This document shows positions 29,704 through 42,770 of a stretch of 64,000 nt of DNA, in pieces (the first letter of the stretch is position 1; each line of letters begins with the position of its first letter). The stretch comes from Dehalococcoidia bacterium. GTDB taxonomy: Bacteria; Chloroflexota; Dehalococcoidia; SM23-28-2; RBG-16-64-32. Under the pieces are notes generated by a model. The model saw only the letters and a list, made by a program, of their open reading frames with translations. It ran no database searches and was not told where the DNA came from. The translations under genes and the position numbers were made by a program. Location of the stretch: contig CAXXTF010000001.1 of the NCBI GenBank assembly GCA_963665775.2, positions 704,001 to 768,000 on the forward strand. The letters run 5' to 3'.

Positions 29704-30378
29704 ATGGTGACGATGCCCAGGACTTATACGAAGCAGCTGAGCCAAAACAGAATAACCCTCCTGGCTGAGCTGGCGACGGAGGTGAAGGACCGCCCCGTCC
29801 TGAATGCCATCGCTCGGGTGCCGCGGGAGCAGTTCATCTCTGAGGACCTTCGCCTGTTCGCCTACGAGAACCGGCCGCTACCCATCGGCTACGGTCAGAC
29901 TATCTCGCAGCCCCTTATCGTCGCCTTGATGACGGCGGCGCTGGAGCTGAAGGGGCACGAACGTGTCCTGGAGATCGGCACCGGCTCCGGCTACCAGGCT
30001 GCCCTCCTCTCCCTGCTGGCGGCAGAGGTGATCACCGTGGAGCGGGTCCAGCCCATGGCGCAGAGGGCGGCTCAGACGCTCTCCGATCTGGGATACGCTA
30101 ATGTGAAGGCATACGCGGCCGGCGAGGAGATAGGCTGGCCCCCGGACGCACCCTACGACGGTATCATCATCACGGCAGGTGCCCCTGAGGTGCCGCGCCA
30201 GCTGCTGGACCAGGTCGCGCCGGGAGGACGGCTGGTGATCCCGGTGGGTGGCCGCGACATGCAGGAGCTGGTGCGCATCGTGAAAACCCCGGAAGGTGCG
30301 CTGCGGCATAACCTGGGCCCCTGCCGGTTCGTGCCCCTCCTGGGTCGAGGCGGCTGGCCAGAAGAGGCGAAGTCCTAA
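29704..30378 (+). CDS. pcm: Protein-L-isoaspartate O-methyltransferase
   Basis: VPREQF; PLPIGYGQTISQP; LEIGTGSGYQAA; FVPLLG. Confidence 0.93.
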   Translation: MVTMPRTYTKQLSQNRITLLAELATEVKDRPVLNAIARVPREQFISEDLRLFAYENRPLPIGYGQTISQPLIVALMTAALELKGHERVLEIGTGSGYQAALLSLLAAEVITVERVQPMAQRAAQTLSDLGYANVKAYAAGEEIGWPPDAPYDGIIITAGAPEVPRQLLDQVAPGGRLVIPVGGRDMQELVRIVKTPEGALRHNLGPCRFVPLLGRGGWPEEAKS

Positions 30379-30584
30379 CCGACGAGCGCTCAACCAGGGA
30401 ATCATAAGGGCAGACGCCGCGTTATACGCTGGCCGAACGGTCGCAGGCCTGCTCTGACATTCTGTTAACCGCAGAGGCTGTGACGCGTTTACCCCAATGG
30501 CATTCTAGACAGGGAAACTTTCCCGGCTTATCAACAAATTAACCCAGCGGCCCGCTGGACAGAGAAAGGAGGTGAAAATAGAAT

Positions 30585-31538
30585 ATGGCCGTTAGTTCCC
30601 CACAGCGGCTAGGCAAGCAGGAGGAGCGATCTTCTATGAAGAAGACCACGGACGCTTTCCTGGTCTTTCTCTCAGTTGAGAAGGGTAGCTCCGCCAACAC
30701 GATAGCCGCTTACCGCAACGACCTCCAGCAGCTCGCCGACTTTATTGGAATGAGGCAGCGTAATGGGGGCTGGGATGGCCTGGATCGCTCGGCAATTCAG
30801 GACTTCATCCTGGACCTCAAGGAGAGGGGCTACTCAGAGACCTCGGTGGCCCGCAAGGTAGCCGCCCTCCGTTCGTTCTTCTCCTTCCTCTCTGCCGAAG
30901 GCGTCATCAAGGCAAACCCTACTGAGGGGCTTAGCTCGCCCCGTGTGGGCAGGACCCTGCCTAAGGCTATCAGTCCCAATGAGGTCGACGAGCTCCTGGA
31001 ACAGCCTTCGCGGCGATCGACTCCCGAGGCCAAACGGGACGGCGCCATGTTGGAGATTATTTACGCCACCGGCATGCGGGTTACGGAACTGGTCTCTCTG
31101 AACATGGAGAACCTCAATCTGGACCCTCGCAGTCCGTACATCAGATGCCTGGGCAAGGGCGCTAAGGAACGCAGCATTCCCATCCACGAACAGGCGCTCG
31201 AGAGCCTCGTCGGGTACCTGGAAGAAGGCGGCCGGCCACTCCTGATGCGAAACAGGAGCGAACAGGCTCTCTTCCTGAACCGTCGCGGCGAGAGACTGAC
31301 CAGACAGGGGTTCTGGCTGATCCTTAAGCGTTACGCCAGGGCCGCCAACCTCAGCGCGGAGATCACCCCGCATACGCTCCGGCACTCCTTTGCCACCCAC
31401 ATGCTGCGCGGCGGTATGCCTCTGAGAAACATTCAGGAGATGCTGGGCCACGCGAACATCTCCACTACCCAGGTCTATACCCACCTCACCAGCGATCACG
31501 TGCGGGAGGTTTACGGACGGGCCCACCCCCGAGCCTAA
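30585..31538 (+). CDS. xerD: Tyrosine recombinase XerD
   Basis: SANTIAAYRNDL; YATGMRVTEL; GKGAKER; LTRQGFW; TPHTLRHSFATH; LGH; TQVY; AAGGAGGTGA RBS. Confidence 0.9.
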   Translation: MAVSSPQRLGKQEERSSMKKTTDAFLVFLSVEKGSSANTIAAYRNDLQQLADFIGMRQRNGGWDGLDRSAIQDFILDLKERGYSETSVARKVAALRSFFSFLSAEGVIKANPTEGLSSPRVGRTLPKAISPNEVDELLEQPSRRSTPEAKRDGAMLEIIYATGMRVTELVSLNMENLNLDPRSPYIRCLGKGAKERSIPIHEQALESLVGYLEEGGRPLLMRNRSEQALFLNRRGERLTRQGFWLILKRYARAANLSAEITPHTLRHSFATHMLRGGMPLRNIQEMLGHANISTTQVYTHLTSDHVREVYGRAHPRA

Positions 31539-31553
31539 TATCGCGAGCCGAGT

Positions 31554-33500
31554 GTGGTAATGAGAAGGGCGATGCGCGGCCGAGCCGCCGTCGCCCTTCT
31601 CCTCTCGTTCTTTCTAGTCGTATTCATCGCTCTTGCCTGCGCGGATAGGGATAACCTTGCCCCGCCTGCCTCCACCGCCAGCCCTCTTTCCTCTACGCCG
31701 ACTGCTGCTTCTAGCTCTCCTACCCAGACCAGCGTGCCACCGGTCCAGACGGAGCCTCCGGGCCGCGACCTTCTGGACCTGGCCCGTCGCTACCGTGGCC
31801 TGCCCGCCGACAGCTCACCTCTGGCCCGCCTGACGCCCTACGGTTACCAGCTTGGCGACGCTCAGCAGTTCACTCTCATCGACCTGGAAGGGCCGAGCAC
31901 CGCCGTGATCTCGGCGACGCTGCATCTGATCACGGATCACGCCTACTTCTTCGTCGAGGACGGAATTCCTGTGCAGGCGATCGACCTGGAGGCCATCGGG
32001 GCCGATTTCGAGGCGCGGGTATATTCACGAGTCACCGCCGCCTTCGGGACAGAATCGTCGCCCGGGGTTGACTCCGACCCCCGCATCACCATCCTGCACG
32101 CCAGCATCTCCGGTGCCGGCGGCTACGTGAGCCTGTCCGACGGATTCCCTGTGGCCGCCGCCCCCCGCAGCAACGAGCGCGAGATGATCTATCTGGACGC
32201 CACCCTCCTCTACCTGGACTCGCTTTTCGGCAGCACGGAGCGAGCCCTGTACAACGCCGTCGCGGCCCACGAGCTTCAGCACCTCGTGCACGCCAACGCC
32301 GATCCCGGCGAAGAAGCTTGGGTGAACGAGGGGCTGTCGGAGGTGGCCTCCGAGCTGGTGGCGATGACGGCGGGGGCCAACACATCCGGCCTGCAATCGT
32401 TCCTGGCCTCCCCGGATACCCAGCTGAACTACTGGCCGGCCGGTGGCGATACAGGCGTCCATTACGCCGCCTCGCAGCTCTTCTTTCGCTATCTTCTGGA
32501 CCACTTTGGGGGCAGGGAGAACGCCTCCCAGCTCTTGCGCATTCAGGAGGACGGCATCGCCGGGGTGGAGGCCTACCTCGTCCCCTTCGATGCCACTTTC
32601 CTGGACGCGTTCGCCAACTGGCTCGTCGCCAACTACCTGGACGAGGAGGACGGCCCCTATTCCCACGCCGATACCAGGGCTCGGGTGACCACAACGACCA
32701 CGGTCCGGCGTCTGGGGCAGGGCAGCGATTCTGTCCACCAGTTCGCCGCTGACTATCTAGAGGTGGAGCCACCGGATGGCGAGGGCATATTCACCTTCCA
32801 GGGGGTGGGCCAGGGGTCCATCGGCGTTCCTCCCCGCGATGGACCCTTCTGGTGGTCCAACCGGGGCGACGGTATCGACAGCCGTCTGACGCGGGAGTTC
32901 GATCTGGGGGGCTTAGAGCAGGCCACCCTCCGTTTCTGGACCTGGTTCGACACCGAGCGCGGTTGGGATTACGCGTACGTGGCCGCTTCCACGGATGGCG
33001 GTCTGACCTGGCAGGCCCTGGGCGGGCGTCATACCACGGAGGATAACCCCGTGGGCCTGGCCTACGGCCCGGGCTTCAGCGGCAGCAGCGGCGAAGATGA
33101 GCCGGTATGGGTGCGGGAAGAGATCGACCTTACACCCTTCGCCGGGCAGAAGCTGCTCCTACGGTTCGAATACGTCACCGACGATGCGACGAACCTGGCC
33201 GGCTTCGCGGTGGACGACATCGAGATCCCGGAGCTCGGCTTCCACGACCCCGCCGACAGCGATCGCGGCTGGACGGCGGCGGGCTTTCGCCGTATCGAGG
33301 GTCCCCTTGAGCAGCGATTCCTCCTGATACTCATCCAGCCGGGCGATCTGCCGATCGTAACCCGCATCCCCGTGGATGCCGGCAATCGGGCGGTGGTGTC
33401 GCTGGACGGGCCAGCCACTATCATCGTAGCCGCCATCACCGAAGGCACTACGGAGGTCGCCCAGTATAGCTGGTCCCTGTCGGCGCCTGCCGGCCCGTGA
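31554..33500 (+). CDS. Lipoprotein Zn metallopeptidase (immune inhibitor A / M30-like)
   Basis: Lipobox LAC; S/T/P linker; SNEREMIY; AHELQHLV; WVNEGLSE; WDYAYV...RFEYVTD. Confidence 0.8.
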   Translation: MVMRRAMRGRAAVALLLSFFLVVFIALACADRDNLAPPASTASPLSSTPTAASSSPTQTSVPPVQTEPPGRDLLDLARRYRGLPADSSPLARLTPYGYQLGDAQQFTLIDLEGPSTAVISATLHLITDHAYFFVEDGIPVQAIDLEAIGADFEARVYSRVTAAFGTESSPGVDSDPRITILHASISGAGGYVSLSDGFPVAAAPRSNEREMIYLDATLLYLDSLFGSTERALYNAVAAHELQHLVHANADPGEEAWVNEGLSEVASELVAMTAGANTSGLQSFLASPDTQLNYWPAGGDTGVHYAASQLFFRYLLDHFGGRENASQLLRIQEDGIAGVEAYLVPFDATFLDAFANWLVANYLDEEDGPYSHADTRARVTTTTTVRRLGQGSDSVHQFAADYLEVEPPDGEGIFTFQGVGQGSIGVPPRDGPFWWSNRGDGIDSRLTREFDLGGLEQATLRFWTWFDTERGWDYAYVAASTDGGLTWQALGGRHTTEDNPVGLAYGPGFSGSSGEDEPVWVREEIDLTPFAGQKLLLRFEYVTDDATNLAGFAVDDIEIPELGFHDPADSDRGWTAAGFRRIEGPLEQRFLLILIQPGDLPIVTRIPVDAGNRAVVSLDGPATIIVAAITEGTTEVAQYSWSLSAPAGP

Positions 33501-33534
33501 CCGGCGGCACGACGGTTGGTATTATGGAGGGGCT

Positions 33535-36119
<2,585 letters not shown>

Positions 36120-36136
36120 GGGGATATAATTAGGCC

Positions 36137-36670
36137 ATGCAGCCTGAACTGGCCGACAACACGGAACAGGCGCTGCCCAGGGCGGTAGCGGCGATCAGCC
36201 GCCGTCTGCCCCTGTCCAGTACGTTCGTCAAGTTCCTCATTGTGGGTGGGATTGGCTTTCTGATCAACCAGTTCATGCTGTTCATGCTGTACGACTCGCC
36301 GACCTTCTGGTTCTTGCCCGCCCAGGATACGCGGCTCGATTTTGGCCTGTTCCGCCTTCCAGATATCCGACTGTTGATCTCCTCAGTGCTGGCGGTAGAG
36401 ACGGCGATCATCTTCCAGTTCAATGCGCACGAGCGATGGACATTCCGAGATCGAGAGCGCAAGGGATGGGGCCCCATCCGCTTCCTGAAGTTCAACCTGT
36501 GTGCCTCCGCCAGCCCGATCATCGTTGTTGTCACCGTAAATACCTTGACGCCGCTAGTCGGGATCAGCCCCTATCTCTCCAACACCATCGGCATACTGAT
36601 CGGGTTCATGTGGAACTGGAGCTGGAACACGCTCGTAATCTGGCCCCAACGTCAGTCGGGCCGAACGTAG
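36137..36670 (+). CDS. GtrA family protein
   Basis: KFLIVGGIG; four TMs; HERWTF; WNW. Confidence 0.88.
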   Translation: MQPELADNTEQALPRAVAAISRRLPLSSTFVKFLIVGGIGFLINQFMLFMLYDSPTFWFLPAQDTRLDFGLFRLPDIRLLISSVLAVETAIIFQFNAHERWTFRDRERKGWGPIRFLKFNLCASASPIIVVVTVNTLTPLVGISPYLSNTIGILIGFMWNWSWNTLVIWPQRQSGRT

Positions 36671-36687
36671 GGGCATATAGGCGGCGC

Positions 36688-37389
36688 CTATATGCCTCTG
36701 ACCCGCAGGCGCAGGCTCACAATGAGGGCCTCAAGCATAATCTTCCACGATAGCTTGGACTTACCGGCCTGCCGATCGATGAACGTGATTGGCACCTCAC
36801 GAAATGTCTTACCGGCGCGGTGGCAGTAGTAACCGATCTCATAGTGGGAGGCGAATCCACGGGACCTGACTATGGTGGGGTCTATACGCTCCAACGTGGA
36901 CCGACGAAAGCACCTGAACCCGCTAGTACAGTCGCGAACGGGCAACCCCAAGAGGAAGCGCACGACCAAGTTCGCCGTCCTGCTGATGAGCCTTCGCCGC
37001 AGGGGCCAACCCTGGGTGGCACCCCCCTTCATATAGCGAGAGCCGATCACCAAGTCCGTTTCCTTCGCGGCCTCTATAAGCCGGGGGATATCCTTTGGAT
37101 TATGAGAATGGTCAGCGTCCATCTGCACTACGTAATCGGCACCCAGACTGAGCGCAACCTTGAATCCGTCCAGGTAGGCGGTAGCGTAGCCCAGCCTTGC
37201 CGGACGCTGGATGAGGTGAACCCGGCCTTCCCCAGCGGCTATCTCGGACACCAGGTAGCCTGTACCATCTGGGGAGTTGTCATCGACCACAACGGCACTA
37301 TAGTCAGGCCCCAAACGTAGGACATCGGCAAGTAAACGAGGGATATTCTCGGCCTCGTTATAGGTCCCGATGACAACTATGCACGACAC
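36688..37389 (-). CDS. Polyprenol monophosphomannose synthase (Ppm1-like GT2)
   Basis: TYNEAENI; VDDNSPDGT; QMDADHSH; DCTSGFR; F.DRQAGKSK. Confidence 0.9.
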   Translation of the reverse strand: MSCIVVIGTYNEAENIPRLLADVLRLGPDYSAVVVDDNSPDGTGYLVSEIAAGEGRVHLIQRPARLGYATAYLDGFKVALSLGADYVVQMDADHSHNPKDIPRLIEAAKETDLVIGSRYMKGGATQGWPLRRRLISRTANLVVRFLLGLPVRDCTSGFRCFRRSTLERIDPTIVRSRGFASHYEIGYYCHRAGKTFREVPITFIDRQAGKSKLSWKIMLEALIVSLRLRVRGI

Positions 37390-37671
37390 GAGTATACGCA
37401 GTTAGAGAATCGCCACACGCTGTTCAAATACTAGCCCAAGCCGCACCCAATTATCCAGCCCGCCCAAGTTTCCGGTTCTGCCACTAGCGGTCGCTGGCCC
37501 AGATCACGCTCGTAGGCGCACGTATCATAAATCACGACATCGCTACGCGAAGGCTGGAACGCACCATACCAGCCGAGCGAAGAGATGCACGGATCTTGTA
37601 TTGCCGGATGGGGCAGTAGTATTGTGGTCGATAGATTGGTGACGGTTAGCGACTAATGTTCCTACAGTGGG

Positions 37672-37752
37672 AGATCAAGAGGCTCAATCCCTGGTGGCGC
37701 AGCAGGCTTCGGATGTATCGGCGCTCAAGGATCTCCTTGGACAGATGGTGAT
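37672..37752 (+). mobile_element. Degenerate IS3-family orfA 3' end
   Basis: Translates LVAQQASDVSALKDLLG, resembling the LVAxQxLDxxxLKDLLxKKW terminus of IS3 OrfA. Confidence 0.5.
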
Positions 37753-38049
37753 GGGGGTGCCGACGGCTATCCCAGAAAATGCGGCGGGCGTTGCCGAAGC
37801 GTAGCGGCCGGCGAGTCTCCAGAATCGCCCAGTTAACGCGACCCTGCCGTGGCCTCGCTTACCCTGTTACGACATTGACGAGCGATCTGTGTGCCACGTG
37901 ATGACCCCTGGTTGTCAAAGCGATAGGCGGCACGTGATGCGACGGCCAGATCCGCCTTTGCCCAACGGTGTCCTGGACATCTCCAACGCCTTGCTCGCTT
38001 CCAAGAGGGCTTAATATCGTGGGCCAGCACAATATGGGGCGAATGATTC

Positions 38050-39528
38050 TTGGCTGAGCAGGCCATGAGGCACTCCGGTGGTCGACTGACGGGCCCGGCT
38101 GGCGTGGGGCGCGTTAAGTCGTTGATGGCCCACAGGCGGTTGGAGCTGTCCTTGACGTTCGGTATATTTGTGGCGGCTCTGCTCGTTTACCGTTTTCTGG
38201 GTCCGCCTGAGACCCCCTTTAATAACTTCGTCCGACAGGCGCAGCTCTTTCTTGACGGCAGACTGGACCTGCCGGCTGATATTCCCTATCTAGAACTGGC
38301 TGTGAGGGAGGGGAAGTACTACATAATTCCGCCGCCGATGCCAGCGATCCTCATTCTGCCGGGAGTCGCATTGTACGGGCTTGCGCTGAATCAAACCTTG
38401 GCCTCTGCCGTTGTTGGTGCCGTTGGCGCTTCTGTAGTTAGCGTCGTCGCGGGAGGAGTTTCAACAAATCGTTCGGCTCAGATTTGGCTGACCATCTTGT
38501 TCATCTTCGGTACTGTGTACTGGTATGCAGCCGCCAACGGTGGCGTGTGGTTCTTCTCACATACCGTGGCTGTCTTGTTTCTGTTCCTAGCTATCTATGC
38601 GACGCTTGCCCGGCAGAATCCGTTCCTAGCAGGCTTGTTTCTCGGTGCTGCTTATTGGTCTCGATTACCGACCGTCCTAGCCTTGCCATTCTTCATCATA
38701 ATGTTCTCTGATCAATGGCTTCCATCGCAAAGGACGGGATCGCTTGTCTCCAGGATCAACGTAAAGCCTCTGCTTTGGCTGGGCTTTGGCGTCGGAATTT
38801 TTGTGCTACTTAACTTTGTCTACAACTATTTGCGGTTCGACACACCTTTAGATGCGTCGTACTACTTCCGAAAACCAGAGATCTGGGATGAGCCGTGGTT
38901 CAACCACGGGCCGCTTCACATCACATACATTCCGCGCCACCTGCCCATTATCTTTGAGAAGCTTCCCATTATTCAAACGGAAGCTCCCTATATTCTACCT
39001 AGCTGGGGAGGCATGGCGATTTGGGCTACGACTCCAGCCTGCCTCTATGCCCTTTTTGCTGGCATCCGTAGTAGGCCGGTCATCGTTTTTGGGTCAGCGC
39101 TGATTTTAATCACCGTGGCGGTCATTACTTCGAGGGCGATTGCCGGGGCCTGGGACCTGGGATGGGCCCAGCGCAACATACCGTTCAACCTTACGGCCTT
39201 CCCTTTCTTGCTGTTGATCGGCTTGGCCGTGGTCACCGCCATAAGAGATGGGAACAAGCTGGTCCTCGCCTGCTGGTCCGCAATAATACCGATCAGCCTG
39301 GCAGTGTTTTCTCACGGGGCTACAGGCTTTGCCCAGTTCGGTTACCGATTCAGCCTGGATTTTCTCCCCTTCCTTTTCCTGCTGACCGCAGTAGGTATCG
39401 GAGAGAGAATTAGATGGCATCACAAGCTGCTAATCCTCTTGGGTGTGATCGTGAACCTTTGGGGTGTCCTGTGGATCTATCAGTTCCAAGAGCACGAGTT
39501 CCTTGGTTTACAGTGGGTCGGTTGGTGA
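38050..39528 (+). CDS. Polytopic membrane protein, probable GT-C glycosyltransferase
   Basis: About 12 TMs; FLDGRL; YYIIPPPMP; YNYLRF; QFGYRFSLD. Start uncertain. Confidence 0.7.
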   Translation: MAEQAMRHSGGRLTGPAGVGRVKSLMAHRRLELSLTFGIFVAALLVYRFLGPPETPFNNFVRQAQLFLDGRLDLPADIPYLELAVREGKYYIIPPPMPAILILPGVALYGLALNQTLASAVVGAVGASVVSVVAGGVSTNRSAQIWLTILFIFGTVYWYAAANGGVWFFSHTVAVLFLFLAIYATLARQNPFLAGLFLGAAYWSRLPTVLALPFFIIMFSDQWLPSQRTGSLVSRINVKPLLWLGFGVGIFVLLNFVYNYLRFDTPLDASYYFRKPEIWDEPWFNHGPLHITYIPRHLPIIFEKLPIIQTEAPYILPSWGGMAIWATTPACLYALFAGIRSRPVIVFGSALILITVAVITSRAIAGAWDLGWAQRNIPFNLTAFPFLLLIGLAVVTAIRDGNKLVLACWSAIIPISLAVFSHGATGFAQFGYRFSLDFLPFLFLLTAVGIGERIRWHHKLLILLGVIVNLWGVLWIYQFQEHEFLGLQWVGW

Positions 39529-39793
39529 TGAATGCGGTGACCGACGTTGGGGAACTGCCGGTTGTTTTCCACTGGACGGTGTGCAGTCGCCGCCGCCGTT
39601 CGCTCGCACGATGACGGTCTCTGCGCCGCTTTAAAGTCTTCGGTCACATCGTTCTGCGCTCCTCGCCTGGCGTGTCGAGAAGCGATGATATTCGTCAATA
39701 TCAGGCGGGAAGAGAGGGCGAGAACCTAGGGAGAGCACAGGCAACAGGCGGAGTCGCCGGGCCGCCCGCTGGGCTTCCCCGGCCGGCTGAAGC

Positions 39794-41185
39794 CTAGCTC
39801 CAATCCCAGACGCCAGTCCAATCGAGCCAGAAATACGAATCGCCCAGCCAGCCAGGCACGGATACGGCGGCGAGGTGCGGGTAGAAGTAGAGAAACGTGA
39901 GAGCGACTACCGCCAGGAAGGCGACCGCCACGGTCCGGCCCTGGCGGTGCTGCCAAAGCCTGTATACGGCATACGCCAGGGCCAGGATCAGGAAGGGCAG
40001 CGCTGGCAAGTAGTGGTAGAGGAACATGATTCGGGGCTGGATAGCCCAGGGCAACCATAGACCCAGATACGTCAACACGACGAACAGCAGCGCGAACCGC
40101 TCCTGCGTCAGCTGCCCCGATATATGGAGGTTGCCTGTCGCGGCGTCCAGCCTCGCTCGTACAGTCCGTACCCCCTGCCACAGGGCGAAGGTCAGGGCGG
40201 GAAGGCCGAACCAGAAGATCATGGGGTTCCCCAGGTTGTAGATCTTGGCGCTATCGGAGAGGTGCTGGAACACCGGCCGCGTCAGGATCGGCCAGGTGTT
40301 CCAGGGAGACTGGTACCCATGGGTGGCGTCCAGGCTGGAATGGAACTCGTACGCCAGGCGGTTCAGGGTCCAGACGTCCCCGAGGCTCTGCCCGTTGAGC
40401 AACATGGGGAGGTACGAGAGGAAATAGACGTAGCCGGGAACGAGGATGAAGAACAGGGGCAGGATCAATGAAGATTCCAGGAGAAACTTACGACGCTGGC
40501 CCTTTTTGGTCTGGAGAAAGCGGTAGATGAAATAGAGGCCGATGGGGAACAGGGTCAGGGCTGCCGTCCACTTGGTGGCCGCCGCCGCCCCCAGGAATAT
40601 CCCGGAGAGCAGGAACCGATCGGACACGAGGAAATACACCGCGCCTAGGATGAAGAACAGGACATAGGTATCCGGCGTCCCGATACGCGATTGGGTGAAG
40701 GCTAGGCCCTCAAACGTTAACAGGAAACCGGCGGCGATGCCGACGAATTCGCTGTTAAACAGCCGCCTGCCCAGGAGGTAGATGAAGACGATCGAGCCTA
40801 CGCCGGCCAGGGCACCGAAGAACCGCCAGGCGAACGGGTTGTCGATCTCGCCTGTCACGGACCCCGACGTCACTATCCCGAACAGAGCCATCCCGCCGGC
40901 CATGATCAGCTTCGAGAGGGGCGGATGGGTGTTCTCGCTACCGTAGAATTCCCAGGGACCGGCCTCGTCTGGTATCAGCTCTCGGCCGAGTATCTTCTGC
41001 GCCGTGTCAGGAAAGTAGACCTCATCGAAGAAGAACTCGCCCGGCGTGCCCAGACGCCAGAAGCGGCTGAACATCGCTGTCGCCAGGAGGGCGATCAGCA
41101 GACCGACCAGGAGCATCTGGCGTCTGTCTAGAGTGGTAAGGCGATGGAGGCCTGGGACCCCCTGAGCGCGGTCCAGGATCCTCAC
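39794..41185 (-). CDS. Protein O-mannosyltransferase-like GT-C (GT39/PMT)
   Basis: FFDEVY; HPPLSK; WRF; QSRIG; TKW; YQSPWNTWP; LGNP; FLYHYLP. Confidence 0.88.
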   Translation of the reverse strand: MRILDRAQGVPGLHRLTTLDRRQMLLVGLLIALLATAMFSRFWRLGTPGEFFFDEVYFPDTAQKILGRELIPDEAGPWEFYGSENTHPPLSKLIMAGGMALFGIVTSGSVTGEIDNPFAWRFFGALAGVGSIVFIYLLGRRLFNSEFVGIAAGFLLTFEGLAFTQSRIGTPDTYVLFFILGAVYFLVSDRFLLSGIFLGAAAATKWTAALTLFPIGLYFIYRFLQTKKGQRRKFLLESSLILPLFFILVPGYVYFLSYLPMLLNGQSLGDVWTLNRLAYEFHSSLDATHGYQSPWNTWPILTRPVFQHLSDSAKIYNLGNPMIFWFGLPALTFALWQGVRTVRARLDAATGNLHISGQLTQERFALLFVVLTYLGLWLPWAIQPRIMFLYHYLPALPFLILALAYAVYRLWQHRQGRTVAVAFLAVVALTFLYFYPHLAAVSVPGWLGDSYFWLDWTGVWDWS

Positions 41186-42465
41186 GGCGGAGCGGGCTCC
41201 TCTCGATCGCGTGAAGACAAGAAGAAAGAGACCAGCAGGAGCAGGGGGAAGGCCAGGAAGGTGAGAAGAGAGAGCAAGGCTGTCGTATCCTGTTCTCCTA
41301 TCCAGTCGAAGACGGGATTCACCCTAAGGAAGTTCTCGTTGTAGTAAGAATACACATAGTAGAGGTTGGAGAAGTGGATCATGCTGAGGACGGCAAAACT
41401 GGCCCAGAGGATACGGCTCTTCGTGAGGACGCAGGCAGCTAGAAAGGGGAGAAAGAAGGGGAAGAGATAGCGCTCGTGCATACGGGTCAAGAAGAGGAAG
41501 AAGGCGAGCACGGAGAGGGCGGTGGCCAGGGCAAGCATATCCGGGCCTTGGGCCTTTCGAAACACGATGATGATGGCCAGAATCGATACGGCGAACAGGA
41601 AGATGCCCCAGACCCGATGCGTAACCCCCAGGTACTCTACGTTATCGCGTCCGAAGACATCCAGGCCGAACATGCCCCAGAAGTTGTAGGCCCAGAAGGA
41701 GTCGTACGGGTACACGTCCGCCGCGTCCCCAAGTCGTCCCACCAACTGCCATGGGCCATCTGGAAAGAACGGGAAGATAAGCAGAATCGCCACTGCCAGA
41801 GAGATCGCCGAGGCCCGTATCACCATCGCCAGAGAGAAGTGCTTCAGATACCAGAAGGCGAAGAACGGGAGCGCTGCCACCGCCTGCGGCTTCACGAGGA
41901 AACCGACGGTAAAGGCTAGAGCACCTCGCACGGGATGGTCCCTGCTCACGTAGTAGACGGCCAGCAGCAGGAAGAAGGCGAGGATGCTGTCCACCTGACC
42001 CCATACCGGCCCGATCAGCAGCGTAGCGGGAAAGAGCAGGTACACGGCCGGACCGGCCAGCCGAAGCAGCGGTCGCTGGCCCTCCAGCAATCGGTACAGT
42101 AGGTAAGCGGAGGCCAGATCGGCGAGGATGGCGGGCAGCTTCAGGACGTAATTGAACGTCCCGGCGTCAAACTGCAGGAATCTGTCCAGCGTACCGATAA
42201 ACCACAGGACATACAGGTAGCCCGGCGCGTAATCCGCGAAGAAACCGCCATCATAGAAGTTCCAGGGCCCGCGGTCGGCCAGTTGGATGCTCCAGGCCCG
42301 AAATGAGCCCAGGTCGATGCCAAAGCCGGGCAGGGCAGCCAGGGCCAGGCGCAGGATCAGCCCGGCCAGCAGGACAAACGCGATGGGTCTGACCGTTACG
42401 AGAAAATCTAACTCGACTGCGCCGCCCGGTGTCGCTTGCGCACTTTCCGCTTCTGACCGTGCCAT
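41182..42465 (-). CDS. GT-C polyprenol-phosphate-sugar-dependent glycosyltransferase
   Basis: DYAPGYLY; KLPAILAD; WGQVDS; KPQ; TRMHERYLF. Confidence 0.85.
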   Translation of the reverse strand: MARSEAESAQATPGGAVELDFLVTVRPIAFVLLAGLILRLALAALPGFGIDLGSFRAWSIQLADRGPWNFYDGGFFADYAPGYLYVLWFIGTLDRFLQFDAGTFNYVLKLPAILADLASAYLLYRLLEGQRPLLRLAGPAVYLLFPATLLIGPVWGQVDSILAFFLLLAVYYVSRDHPVRGALAFTVGFLVKPQAVAALPFFAFWYLKHFSLAMVIRASAISLAVAILLIFPFFPDGPWQLVGRLGDAADVYPYDSFWAYNFWGMFGLDVFGRDNVEYLGVTHRVWGIFLFAVSILAIIIVFRKAQGPDMLALATALSVLAFFLFLTRMHERYLFPFFLPFLAACVLTKSRILWASFAVLSMIHFSNLYYVYSYYNENFLRVNPVFDWIGEQDTTALLSLLTFLAFPLLLLVSFFLSSRDREEPAPP

Positions 42466-42770
42466 CGCCTTCCTACAGCGCTAGCGGCGCGGCCTTCTCC
42501 GGAGGATGTCCAATACGGGGGGATCCCGTAGCGATCGCCTATCTGCCGTCTCCTCAGTCACTAGATAGCTTCAAGGTATGCCCTGTATCTATCTGTTGGT
42601 GGGGCTCTCTCCAATTCTACTTCGGCCTCAGCCTCGGAGCAATCGAAGCCGTCACGGTTGCCGCTCACGGGCGGAACCGACCAGCGGGGCTCAGTTGGGA
42701 GGGCGACCGTTATCCGGGACGAGCGAGGGGGCTCAGATCGGATTACGGCAACTGGTAGGAGATGCCCTCT

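Noticed and set aside
30585-31538. xerD as a mobile-element integrase
   Set aside because: Canonical XerD motifs in a housekeeping context, with no att sites or cargo.
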